A DNA stretch of 48,808 bases, the filler included, from Sphacelaria rigidula (lineage: Eukaryota), in assembly GCA_964200075.2 (NCBI GenBank). It is 3 parts of 3 records of this genome, joined end to end, with 100 filler letters (N's around TTAATTAATTAA, not from the genome) between each part and the next. Parts side by side here need not be neighbours in the genome. Positions count along the whole stretch, not along the records: positions 1 to 16,204 come from CAXNAA020001444.1; 2 more parts are not named here. One strand, given 5' to 3'. Below are positions 1-11,500 of the stretch, one piece after another (position 1 is the first letter of the stretch; each line of letters begins with the position of its first letter). The translations under genes were made by a program, and so were the position numbers. The notes beneath the pieces were generated by a model. That model did not search any database. It worked only from the letters and a program-made list of their open reading frames with translations, and had not been told where the DNA came from.

Positions 1-160
1 GTCAACTCACGTCACACAAACCCAGTCGACTACTTTGTTTACTCACGTTCTCACGCTTTCCACGGTGAAAATCATACATTACGAAGAAAAAACTCAACGC
101 ATCGGGAATCGAACCACCGTTCTCTCCACATGCTTGGTTGTTTGGTATAACCAGCTAATA
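1..160 (-). mobile_element. Degenerate tRNA-derived SINE head, runs off the window start
   Basis: Minus strand reads ...GGTGGTTCGATTCCCGATGCG TTGAGTTTTTT, a Pol III B-box (GGTTCGATTCC) near 104-115 followed by a T-run. No complete cloverleaf. Confidence 0.45.
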
Positions 161-1087
161 ATTATATACTTGTATTGTTTAGAGTTGCACCTTGTGCGTG
201 TGTTCCAGCACATAGCTTGGAAGGTGGTGCTGTTGTGCTATTGTAGTTTTGATGATTTTTCCTGCATTTGGATATTTCGCCGAAATCACATTCCAAGTAC
301 CCAAAACGTGGGTAGACTATTGAGATCGTACTCAGCAACACAGATATTGGGCAAAGTATAACGATCGTGCTAGCTCTATCCCACACAATTATTGGCCAAT
401 GCCGACGTTGGGGAGAGTTTGGAGAACGGACCATCGCAACACAAACTTCGGGACAGTAAATATCCGGGTGTTTACCGTACCCAACACACCGTTAAAATTT
501 CCTTTGCTACTCATGGTACCGTCGGAAGTTGAGAACCGCTTACCACCGAAACATTACCGCTGTGTTCGCGCTTGAGGTCGCTGCCAAACGTGGTGCCACC
601 AAATAAAGGGGGAAATATTCACCACGGTAAATGTACCATTGTATGGCATTACGATCCTGTCTCGAACCATTATATATGATGTTCAAAGAATGATCTTGGT
701 ATCATTTCTTTACCCCCGGTGCTCTTACGCCATATTAAAAATCTCAGTACCTACTGACTCTCCTACTCTGCCAAGCATCTACGGCGCACACACTGCTCTG
801 GAGCCCTACCGGGGTCAATACTGACCAACGTTTCCAGGAAGTAAGAATTCTGGTCACTCTGTCATAAAAGTTAGCCTCGGACTATTTTTGCCGCCCCTAG
901 GATGTCGGAGGAGTTTAGACGTGTTGTCGTAGATATCCGATTTTGTATTTTATTGTCCCAAACGTATGAAGAATGAATTCCCGATCATGATCGCCCTGGT
1001 TCAATCCTTCCGCCTCTTGTTTTTACTGTTTCGAAGATACTGAGGATATAAATCAGCGTCATGTACACGGCAGTCATCATCCCCTAG

Positions 1088-2620
1088 CGAAGAAAAGTCA
1101 GATGGGGTTATTGTCCAACCGGCATGTGGGAATCATTCTGCGCCTCCGTGTACGTCGCGAGCCGCCCGGTGGCGTTTCTCCTGGCCATGGACCCTGACGT
1201 CGCGACGAAAGTCCACGCCGTGCAAGCATCCTGTCCCCACATGATTGGTGAGTATTTCATCCGACGTTTGAGCTGACGTTACCGTTTCCCGCAGTCGACG
1301 ATGCGTGTGTGTTGGTGCGTGTAGGGACAATCTGAAATCGTATATATGGTTAGTATGGAAGACGGGCTTACTTTATCTTCGTTTTCAATTCCTGGAGTGG
1401 CGTGATGTGCGCAAGTACAGCAGCAACGGTTTTTTCCGCGTATATATATATATATATATATTCTCGGCAGTAGTACATGCGGTTGCGTCTCAGTGCAATA
1501 TTTTGCCCCCGAAAAGCGTGCAGATCAATCACGAGATGAACGGGAGGAGAGAGAGGGAATGCCTCGAAAGCGCGTGCCTAAAACCCCTCACGGCGCAGAG
1601 AGGCTGTGTGACGTGCAGTAGTATGGCGGGGGCGTGCATAGCGGCAGCTGTTCTCGTGTATTGGTGTTTCTTTTCTGCCTTAGAGTTTCTTTCTGGTGTT
1701 CTTTGCTGCTCTCAATCTCCCTCTACCATAAAGGTCCCTTTGTCCACCCCTTCTCTATTGTCGACCCCCCCTGCCACTCAAGGCACTACTATCTGTGGCG
1801 GGCGCGTGTTTCTGGTGTCTCTCTGAGAGGGTTTAGCATAAACACGCGGGGTCTAATAGTTTTCCCCTCCTTGAAGATTTGCACCCATAAACGTTTGGGC
1901 TGTGGCCTTTTCAGCAAACGTGTCTTGTTGTTCGTTGTTTCTGCGTAAATACCGAGTAGCCCCCCCCCCCCGGTGTAGTGCTGGCGAAAATATCAAATAT
2001 CTCCCACCATTTGTTTTCCCCCGCGCACAGAGTGACCGTAATAAATATGTGAAATTATATCTCCTACACGACTACACGGCAAAATAAACGTACGGTATAG
2101 CCCTTGTCGTTTGGCGCAGATGCCATTGATGAAGTTGACGGACCTTGTCTGCGGGTTTCAGTGTGTCCCAGGCTAATTTCTTGGCGTCGTCACTTCTTAC
2201 AAAATCGGAAAGGGCCCGTAGATGCTCCATACTATACATATTTTCACATCGAAGGGTAGCTCCCATAAACAGCTTTCAAAAACACTAGAGTTGCCGCCTT
2301 CCGAAAAGTTGTAGTGCCCTCTATTACAACAAACGGTAAACGAGCAGGCGTTTGAACACACCGCCGCAAGATGGTGCACGTCAGGGGACAGCTCTAATTA
2401 TCATTCGTATATGCCATCAATACCCCTGGTCGCTGTGCCTCTGATGCATGCATGCCCTCAGATGTCGGGTCGGCCTTCGGGACGGACTGACGAAGAGACT
2501 GCCGATGGCGACAAACAGAACGCGAAGGACATCGTCTGCGGAGTGAACGTGGAGAACGACGAGTACGCCGGCGAGGGAGGCGGCCAGCAGGGGAGTCTGG
2601 TTGACGACAGACGCGCGGAG
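1088..2620 (+). pseudogene. Two-exon pseudogene fragment of unknown product (exons 1088-1247 and 2462-about 2620)
   Basis: Acceptor cctag|CGA at 1088. Open GC3-rich frame RRKVRWGYCPTGMWESFCASVYVASRPVAFLLAMDPDVATKVHAVQASCPHMI. Strong donor G|gtgagt at 1248. Acceptor ctcag| at 2462 continues in phase as DVGSAFGTD, then one extra T at 2488 creates TGA. Without it the frame reads DEETADGDKQNAKDIVCGVNVENDEYAGEGGGQQ with the same codon bias. Confidence 0.5.
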
Positions 2621-2714
2621 CCAAGTTTGCGGAATAGACGCAAATGGCGGCCTCGCCGTAGAATACATTTTTTCTTGTTTTTTCTTACGGCCCTTCCGAT
2701 GTGGGGATTTATGT

Positions 2715-3197
2715 CGTGAGGCCGCTCCCTGTAGCAGACGAAAAACAAGGTATGTAAAAATGCCTTTTTGGAGCTCCCACGTCGGTTTACACTCTAGAAA
2801 AAAGCTAGGCGGAGTTTGACACCTTGGAATTACTTGCTCTACTAGTTGAGGCGTTTCCAGGACATCTTCCCATTTTCCGGTGGCCGCAGGTTTTATTTCG
2901 GCCAAACAAGAACATATGTTCAAGAACGGTCGAAAACAGTCAAATCTAGAAAAAATTCCCACTTTTCTGTGGACTTGACCGTTATTGGACAAAAAAATGT
3001 CTTTTGGCCGAAGTAACAACTGCGACCATCGGAAAACGGGAAAATATCCCAGAACTGCGTCGACTAGTAGAGCAAGTCATTCCAAGGTGTAAAACTCCGC
3101 CTAGCTCTCTACTAGAGCGTAAACCGACGTAAAAGCTCCAAAAAGGCATTTTTCCGTAACTTTCTTTTTGGTCTGTTACAAGGAGCGACCTGTGACG
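2715..3197. mobile_element. Foldback/MITE-like element, about 480 bp imperfect palindrome
   Basis: Left arm ...aaaaatgcctttttggagct...ctaggcggagtttgacaccttggaattacttgctctactagt is mirrored by actagtagagcaagtcattccaaggtgtaaaactccgcctag...agctccaaaaaggcattttt. Centre near 2955. Same family as 16481-17192. Confidence 0.8.
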
Positions 3198-4909
3198 CTA
3201 GCAGGTCTGCTAGTACTGCAGCGTCTAAATGCTGTTGAGGGACTCCCCAGCTCTTCTGGCCTCAAGGTCTCAGTTGTCAGCCTTTACAACACCTTATCAT
3301 TATCATGGAGTGAAAACTCCGCAACCCTGTATCATCTGGCCTGGGCTACACATCAAGAGTCATCATCTACAGGATGCCCTTGTCCCCTGGTCATCATCCA
3401 GGATCCACTATATACTCGATCGTGTCGGCGTGATTTCGCCACAGCACCGATATATCTTCTGCAGTACAGTGCAGTAGGGAACGGTGTCTGCAGCCCCTCA
3501 GAAACACGGCGTGATGTTTCCAGATCCGATGACACACAGCCTACTGGCCCTGTCGGCCCTAGCAACCGCACAGCTGGCATTTTCGCCATGCCGTAACGGG
3601 CACCAGCTTATGTCCTGATCGATCTGCTGTCAGTCGCAACTAGAGATTATTCGGTGCGTTTGACGCACGTCTCCAGAATAGGGGACCTGATTTTTTGCCT
3701 TGAATGGGGGTGAAGTCAAAGGGCGTAATATTTTTCTTCCTACGATGGCACCTGCACCGAGCCCCCCTCACCAAACGGGGGCGGGGCGAGGGAGGGGAGT
3801 GGCAACACTTTGGCTCGGGCTGACCCGCAACAGACGATACATATAAATATACATATATCCAATAAATACAAAAAAAAGCATTCGGTTAGCATCTGAGACT
3901 ACATAATCAATTTTTACAGGTGTTCCACCACCTGCAAATACTGTCGATCGGGTTTCGCTGAGAATCCGGCTAACAATAAGAACGAGTTCTTCCTCCGACG
4001 AGCCGGATAACCTTGGCTATCCAGTTTTGCGGGAAAAGGGGTTGGGAAGACAAGAGGGGGGTCACCCACGGGGCCATCGTTGGGACCATGTAGCTCACTT
4101 CACCAAAAATCTCATGTGACTCCGGTCGTCGATAAGCTAGGATTGGACCCGGAGAGCAAAAGGCGCAATTAGTCATTTCTGAATATACTTCACCTCATTG
4201 CGTCCTGTTTATGCAGCCTTCTCATCTGGAGTCCTGAAACGGGCCGATCGGAGATTTCAACGGGTCCGACGAATCGTCGCTGCTTGGAGTAACCAAATCT
4301 ACGATTTCTTTGTCCTGGGTGCTCGACGGAGAGAGAAAAAAGTCGTTCGTGGATCAAAACATTCTCTACGCGAGTTTCGCGCTTTTCCACGTGCCTGGGC
4401 TGCGCGTACCTGGCGCGCAAGCGCTGAAAACGAAATCCAAGGATTGATTCGTGCGGTGCGAATCCATTGCACAACAAAGCAAATATGTTTCAGACGAATG
4501 ATCACTCGTCAGACCCTTGAAGATCTTTTCGGAGCCGGTGCTAGATTTGAAACATGACGATTTCCTTTGCTTTTTTATTTTTATTCCCTTTTTTCCTTCT
4601 CTTCTTCTCAAACTGTGCTCCGTTTTTCTCATTTTTCCTCGGTATTTTTCCATGATGTTTGCCAAGTTTTCTCTACTACGTGAGCAACTGGTTTTCGTCT
4701 ACTGATTCTCGACACATCTATCTCACGTTCTTTGTTTTCGCTGGCCACCATTAAGTTCGTACCAGAGCCGTTTATGTGCGACCATGAATCAAGCAACTAA
4801 TCAATCGATCGAATTCGCAGACTCGCTGCGTGCAGGCTAGCCGCAGCACGGCCTTCCCGACAGTATTGTGCCGTCATTAATCCGTGTCACGTGACTTCGG
4901 CGTTGACAG

Positions 4910-7900
4910 AAACTTGATGCGGCTCGAAGAGCTCCGCAGGCTAGAGCTTGAGCGGCAAAGCAAGCTGCGACCACCAACACTGACACGGGAGGAGCGAGAG
5001 CGTAAAGTGGCGGGCATGACTGAGGAAGAAAAAGAGGCGTTCTTCGAGGAAGAAAAGGAACAGAAGAGGCTGGTTTGGGAAGAAAAGCAGGCGCGATTCT
5101 AGTCGACCTTGTGCGCGCGCGCGCGTGTGTGTGTATTTGTGTGTGTGCGTGCTTGTTTTATTTTGCACTCAGGATGATACACAACGGTCAGAAGAAAAAC
5201 ATAGAGCTATGATGTAGCAAGCAAGAACGAGTCACTGACGACGTATTGCATATTTGTATGTTGTGTTCAAGGTTGATTGAAAAGGCAAGCGGTAGCAGGA
5301 CTTTTGGCATAAACACACACACAGAATGCAATGAGTGAATGTGGCAGGATATCTTGCTCTTCTTCTTTGGGGGTAGGGGATGAAGGCAGCGACAGAGAGG
5401 AAAGCGTGAGAGGAGAAGCAATGCGGGTGGGGTCGTTGGGGGATATCCATTTCCTTCTTCGTGTGGAATAGTAGCAAGATGAGGAAAACAGGTTTGGAGG
5501 GGGAAACAGGTAGGCGTAAGTGCCGCGTTTGTTTTCGTCCGTTTCAATCGAATAAGCCAAAAAGAAAAACAGCAGGGTTTTTGCATGTACAATATGTATA
5601 ATATACACACATGTCCCTGGTTTGCACCGCAAGAGAGGTGGGCTTGCCTTGTTTATTGTGCTCGGGATGATGACACGTGCCACACGTGGTCCAAGCAATG
5701 AACGCCGTAAGACCGGTGACAGGAGCCGCATGCCCAAAACAAGAGATGAAACTGCCTGCTTTGGCAACATCAGGAGACTTCAAAAACAAATCTTGATGTG
5801 AAGAAAACAAAAAGTACAAATACCGAAATACCCGCAAGATCTTGGATTCGTGACTACACACACCGGGAATGATCACGATCCGTGAGCGAGACGCTGCTTC
5901 GGGTAGAAGAAGCGCGAAGGTTCAATCGCTTGCTCAAAAATTGATGGGTTCATCTCATGAAGCGATATATGATTGAAGACGGTCCCCGCTCTCTACGGTA
6001 GAGAACGATGGAAAATATAAAGACCGAACAATAAAAAGCATGCGTGTGCGATACCCGGGTTTTGGTGGCAAGTGCAGCATTTGGTACAAAGTTCAGAGCA
6101 CACCCGCGCTACCATACTGTTACGATCTCTTGAACTTTCTTGAATAGGCGGGGCTTATGGGGCACGGGTCAGGAGGAGACGCGGTGGCGAGCACCCGTGA
6201 GAGACGAAGGCTATCGGTCAAGGCGGCCAAAGTGGAGAGGAGGAAGGAGGAGGCGGAGAGGGTTACCATGGCTGAGGAGGATAGGTCTAGCAAAGTGAAA
6301 AACGACGCGTTTTTGGTGAGGAGATGAATTCAATGTTGTTTGTGATACACGAAAAGATACAAGCAAACTTGTAAAGAGACGAGTAACAGCGGAATGTTAA
6401 TCTGCCCTCCCTCACATTCTCCTTCCCCCACCGAGGATATTCCTCTTGTAGCGGCCCCTGGCTGGGATAGGAGAAGGGATAATGATATTAGGCGCATTTT
6501 TGGTAGCATCTACTCTGGATTCGTGTGCTGTTGAGTAGTCGTTTTCGCTGCATGGGATACCTCGCTGTCGGCCATCGCTTTGCGGAAGGATTATTTTCTT
6601 TGACACATCCCCACCAAATACACAAGAAGTGCAGATATTTCAGCTTCCCCCCCCCCCCCCCCCATCCTCCCTTCATCCGTCCCCCCCTCCCCGCAGTGCT
6701 CCGTCTCGAAAGGGATGCGTGGTCAATGGTCAAATGACTAAGGCAAGCAACAAATGAGTACGCCCCCCCCCCCCCTCCCCGCCCCTCTCAACTCCGATGC
6801 GCATCAATCAATCAATCGATCAATCGATCGATCAACAATGAGATAATGTTTCCATCGTTAACACGAATGACTAGATGCTCGATGAGTATTTCAAAGCATG
6901 TCTGTCTACCACGTTCCGTAACAGATGATGCTCAAGCTCAGGATGGAAAGACAGGAACAGTTGGCACGGAAGGCCGCGGCGATGAGGCGTCAGATTGCAG
7001 CCGAGGTGTCTGCTGTCCACGGTGGCGCAGCCGCGGCCATCGTGAACTCTATGACATCAAACGAAGGTGGCGGCACCAGCTGTGGTAGAGGCGGCGGGAG
7101 TATTGTGACTGGTGCAGGAGAATTTGGCGGCGGCGATGGCGGTGGCGGAAGCGACGGCGGCGGCGAGCATCTCAACGATGGAAGCGTCGCAAACGCGGGA
7201 GGCGGCAGTTTGTTTGAGGTAAAGGTGGATTTGAAATTATGACACTTCTTTCACAAATTATCGGTCAGCTGAGAGTCGTGTTGTCACACATGATCAGGTC
7301 CGGCGCTCGAGTTTGAATAAATGTGCAGGAACCCAGCATGTCGATATATGGCGTCTCTCCAGCGGCTGGCACGTGGTGCACCGGCAGACGGTGCCAGATC
7401 GTACGTAGCCTCGAGTGTTTTGTGCCTCTTCTTGTACGAGTTTTACGTCGGGGACCTGTTTGCTCGCTTGGTGTCAACATGGATGCTTCGGTCTGCTTGA
7501 TGTGATGGGCCTAGCACTTTGTTTTGCGAGTCTCCGGGAAGGGCGGTGGGGAAAAGCCGTTGTGAATGTGCGCTGGACCCAATTCGCAGTCGATTTTGTC
7601 TCAACATACTGTCTCCTCGCGCACGGGTGTCCACAGCTCTCGGTGCCAGCATACTGCCGCATAGGGGGTGCTGATCAAACCCGGAACATTTCATCACTCG
7701 CGAGTTGGCTTTCACTTCTTCATTATTTCACATGCTGTACACCCACCTCCAGAGACAGCTGTTGTTGGACGATGCCAATACTCGTTCGTGTGCGTTATTT
7801 CTGAGCACTGCCCCCGACCCCACGCTGCAGTGTTTGGCTGGACTGTTTGATTGGACTTCCAGCTAGAACGGATTGCCCGCTGACGTTGCAAAACTCGTGG

Positions 7901-8544
7901 TGACGATCGACCAGGAAACCTACGAGAGTAGCTCCGAGTCAGAACTGGGCGAAGAAGACAGAGCATTCGCCGACGAAGTAGGGCTACCAACTGGAGACGA
8001 CGACTTTCGCGACTCCGAATCTTCAGACAGCGAGGAAGATCCTCAGCCGGCGGCCGCAGTCCCAGATACCTTGGGTTGGAGTGGCGGTTGCGATAGTGGT
8101 GACTGTTGGGCCCGAGGTAATACAACTGGAGGGCAACATGCCGCTAATGGCGACGGCCCTGAGAGCGGAGGAGATGACGACGGTGCCGAGGGGGGATGGA
8201 GAGGCGGCCGAGCATCAAGGGGTGTGAATGAGGAACCCCAGGGAGGACAGCATGGGGAAGGAAGCGGCGGGGATAACGAGGACGCCGTTGTTGTTGCTGT
8301 CCAAAATGACAACGAAGGACAAGCAAGTGAACGAGGGGGGGGGGGGACCCGTGGTGATTCAGACAACGCGTCCTCGCCCTCTTCGCCGTCCTCGTCGTCC
8401 TCCTCTTCCCCCTCCTCGTCGAACAGTCGGGCATCACCGAGAAGTGGAGTGGAAGAAAACGCCGGCGGCAGTGGCAGTGCCGGCTCCGGTAGCCCTGTCG
8501 ATGATGACGGCACTCCTTCTGTGGTGAAGGCGGGTTCAGCTTCA

Positions 8545-8582
<38 letters not shown>

Positions 8583-11500
8583 TCCGTCGTCTGCTTCTTC
8601 CGATGAGAATTCCTCAGCTGACTGGGATGATGAAGGCTTGGGCACGAGAAGCGACAAGGGCGACGACGAGATTGTGGAAAAGGGGGGCGAAAAGCGGGGC
8701 GTGATATCACCTGGAGGTCGGCGAGGAACGATAGCCTGGAAGTTTCGAGGAAAGGCCGGTGGCGGCGCGGGTGGTGGGCGACGGAACTTTCTCGCGAGAA
8801 CGGGTAATAGCGAGGAGGAGAGTAGCAGCGAGGATGATTCCACCAGTGAGGAAGAGGGGGTGCGTACAAGAGGAAAACTCTTCGAGGTGTTGGTGTGTTT
8901 TCTTCCACGTCGAGGTGTCACAACTCTGTGACTCCGCATAACCTCGAGTAGCATTTCTTGTTTTTGTTTTGTTTCGGTGACGACGTGCACTCGATTGCTT
9001 TCGTTTCTATCCATACGAGTATTTCAATATCGCATTTGGTCTCTCGATGAACATCATTTATCGCCCGACAAGAGATTGACGGCCAAAAGAAGGCTGAATG
9101 GTCGGTTGACTCGGTTCACAACAGATTTAATGAGAGTAAAATCGCTGATTGTTGCCGGCGCCGCACTTCTACGCCATTCGAAATCCTACTGCGCTATTCA
9201 CCGTGCCACCCGCTTTCATTCCGACTTGTGCTGTTAGTAGTGCTGTACACGCCAAACTCCAGTCGATATTCCTGATGCACGGTCGTGGCCCACGGCCTTG
9301 AGATGAGGTATAGCCAGGCAACACACAACCCCGATACCAACGCCTTCAGTTCAATATGAACGAGTTGACCCCAGTTACTCCCTCCGATACAATGTCCGTT
9401 CTCCAAATCTCCTATATTGATGCTTGTCGCCGCCGCGCCCCGATGGTCTGTCTACTGGTTAAGGGTACAACTGACGCCAGTAGGTCTGAAATAGTCGGGT
9501 TCGATTGCCGCCAGATGCGTCTACATTCCCGTCATTGAAAATGTGAGGGCGTGGGTACCAAAAAGAGTCTAGGCGGCTGAGTTTATCAAACGGCAGTCGG
9601 CGCGGTGCGGGAGTGGTGATAGTCATGATCCAATTCGCGACACCACAATGTAAGGCGTGTACCAGGAGATGGATGGGTCGATCCCTTGAGACCACGGACT
9701 CGTCTTGAGGAAGGGAAGGGGTCAGGAGTAAGACTATAGAAAAAACATGCGAACGCCTTTCTAGTGTTTACTTGACTCTGGACGACTGACCGCAACCTAC
9801 GTGGCTTGAGTGTATCCCACCACTTCATTACTCGAGTGTAGTGTGAGCGATTTTACTACTGATAGCTTGAAGTCACCTTTATTGGTAAACACCGATACCA
9901 CGCGCTTTAACTTGGTGCGGATCATTTCATCCTTGCATACAATATGACGATTCGTCACCACCCTATTATCTCATAGGCAGCCCCAGCGCTCGAAACAGTT
10001 TCCATACCCTCAATAAATCGACTCAAGTGCACCGAAGGTCTGACTACATTTTAACTGCGTGATTTGAGTGTACTGCAACACGACATACTTGAGTTTGCTA
10101 TAGGCCGATTGAGTAGTAAAATAGATACTCCCTCTGTCTCATAAGTCTGTGCCGTTATGTTTGTATGAGCCCTGAACGATGTCCGATTTGATTTTCGATT
10201 TTTTGGTTGCATTCGTTGGCGTTTTTTCAGCTAAGAACAATACTTCTTCTGCAACGCGCGTGCTTGACCCGTGCAGCCTCGCGACCGAGAAAAAGTGGGT
10301 CGGTCCAGATATGGCCATTTTTCGCTTATTTTTCCCAGTGAAGCAGAGCAGACCCGGGAATCGCGAGAACCGTTAAAAAAATGTTAAAACCGCAAAACCA
10401 CCACTGATTTGGATATCTCCGTGACGTTAACCTACGCACGCCCCATCTAACAATTTTTCAGCATGTAATCGCTAGTACTCGACGTAAAAACGTCCAAAAT
10501 CGGTCAGTATTGAGGTGTAAGTGGACCAAAAAGGGGCAGAATGGGGTACATTTTGACCTAATGTTAGTTTCGAAAACAAGTTTTTATTTTCTCTTCTTTT
10601 CTTGAGTCAGCTTCGTCTGCGCGTAATCTCTCAAACGAACCCAACTGTAGGATGATCGTCAGCGTTGAAATACCCAAACGATCAAACGAACATAACGACA
10701 GAGACTTATGAGACAGAGGAAGTACATTTGATCGACATTGTTAGTCAGTCCAAGATACACGTGAGTGTACCTGAAAGGGTGAGGAAGACTACGCTCTCTT
10801 CTATTCCATGGGCGTTGGGTGTGCGATCGTGGTCGATCAAAGCTGACCAGTGCATATTGCTCGCAGAGACTACAAAAAATGCCACGGCGTTCCTGGTTCA
10901 TTTTCCTGGCTGATAATCGCGACACTGAAACACATGTCATCAGATCGTGTTGCGCCAGTTTCTCGCGTCTTCATACCTTCTTTTGGGTAATCCAGGACAG
11001 GATCGGGTGACATGTGTTTTTCTCCAGGGTAATCGCCGACAGACGATCAAAAGAAAACGGGAGGTAGCAGGCGGTGGGCGTGGGGACGCAAAGAAGAAGA
11101 GGCGAAAGAAGAAAGCAGCAGCCGCAGCAGCAGCAGCAGCAGCAGCAGCCGCAGCGGAGATGGCATTGCTCAGAACAGAAGAGTCAGGGATAGCAGAAAT
11201 GCTGAAACAGCAGAAGGTGCGCGTGTGCGTGAGTTACCGGGAAAACTTCCAACCCGCCAGGGCGCGTCTATACTTTTCAGTGCATCAAGTCGATGGGCTC
11301 CATCAATAACGATATTTTGATCGCGACCGACGCGCGTGTCCCGGTTGCATGGAGCGACTATTTTAGCAGTGCCTTCTCGCTGAGGCTGTTGATTGATTTT
11401 GATTGATTGATTGTCGCACTTTAACTGACCCCCCAGGGGTCCAGTCGTGGTCTCATGGTAGACGTACCCAACTGTTGTGCGCCGGATACCCCCAGGAGGT

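Noticed and set aside
4198..4557. 119-aa + strand ORF
   Set aside because: No ATG, no splice partners, no recognisable motif. Looks like non-coding repeat-derived sequence.
8043..9014. 323-aa and 254-aa minus-strand ORFs overlapping gene 1
   Set aside because: Antisense shadows of a GC-rich low-complexity exon. Splice-phase logic supports only the + strand frame.
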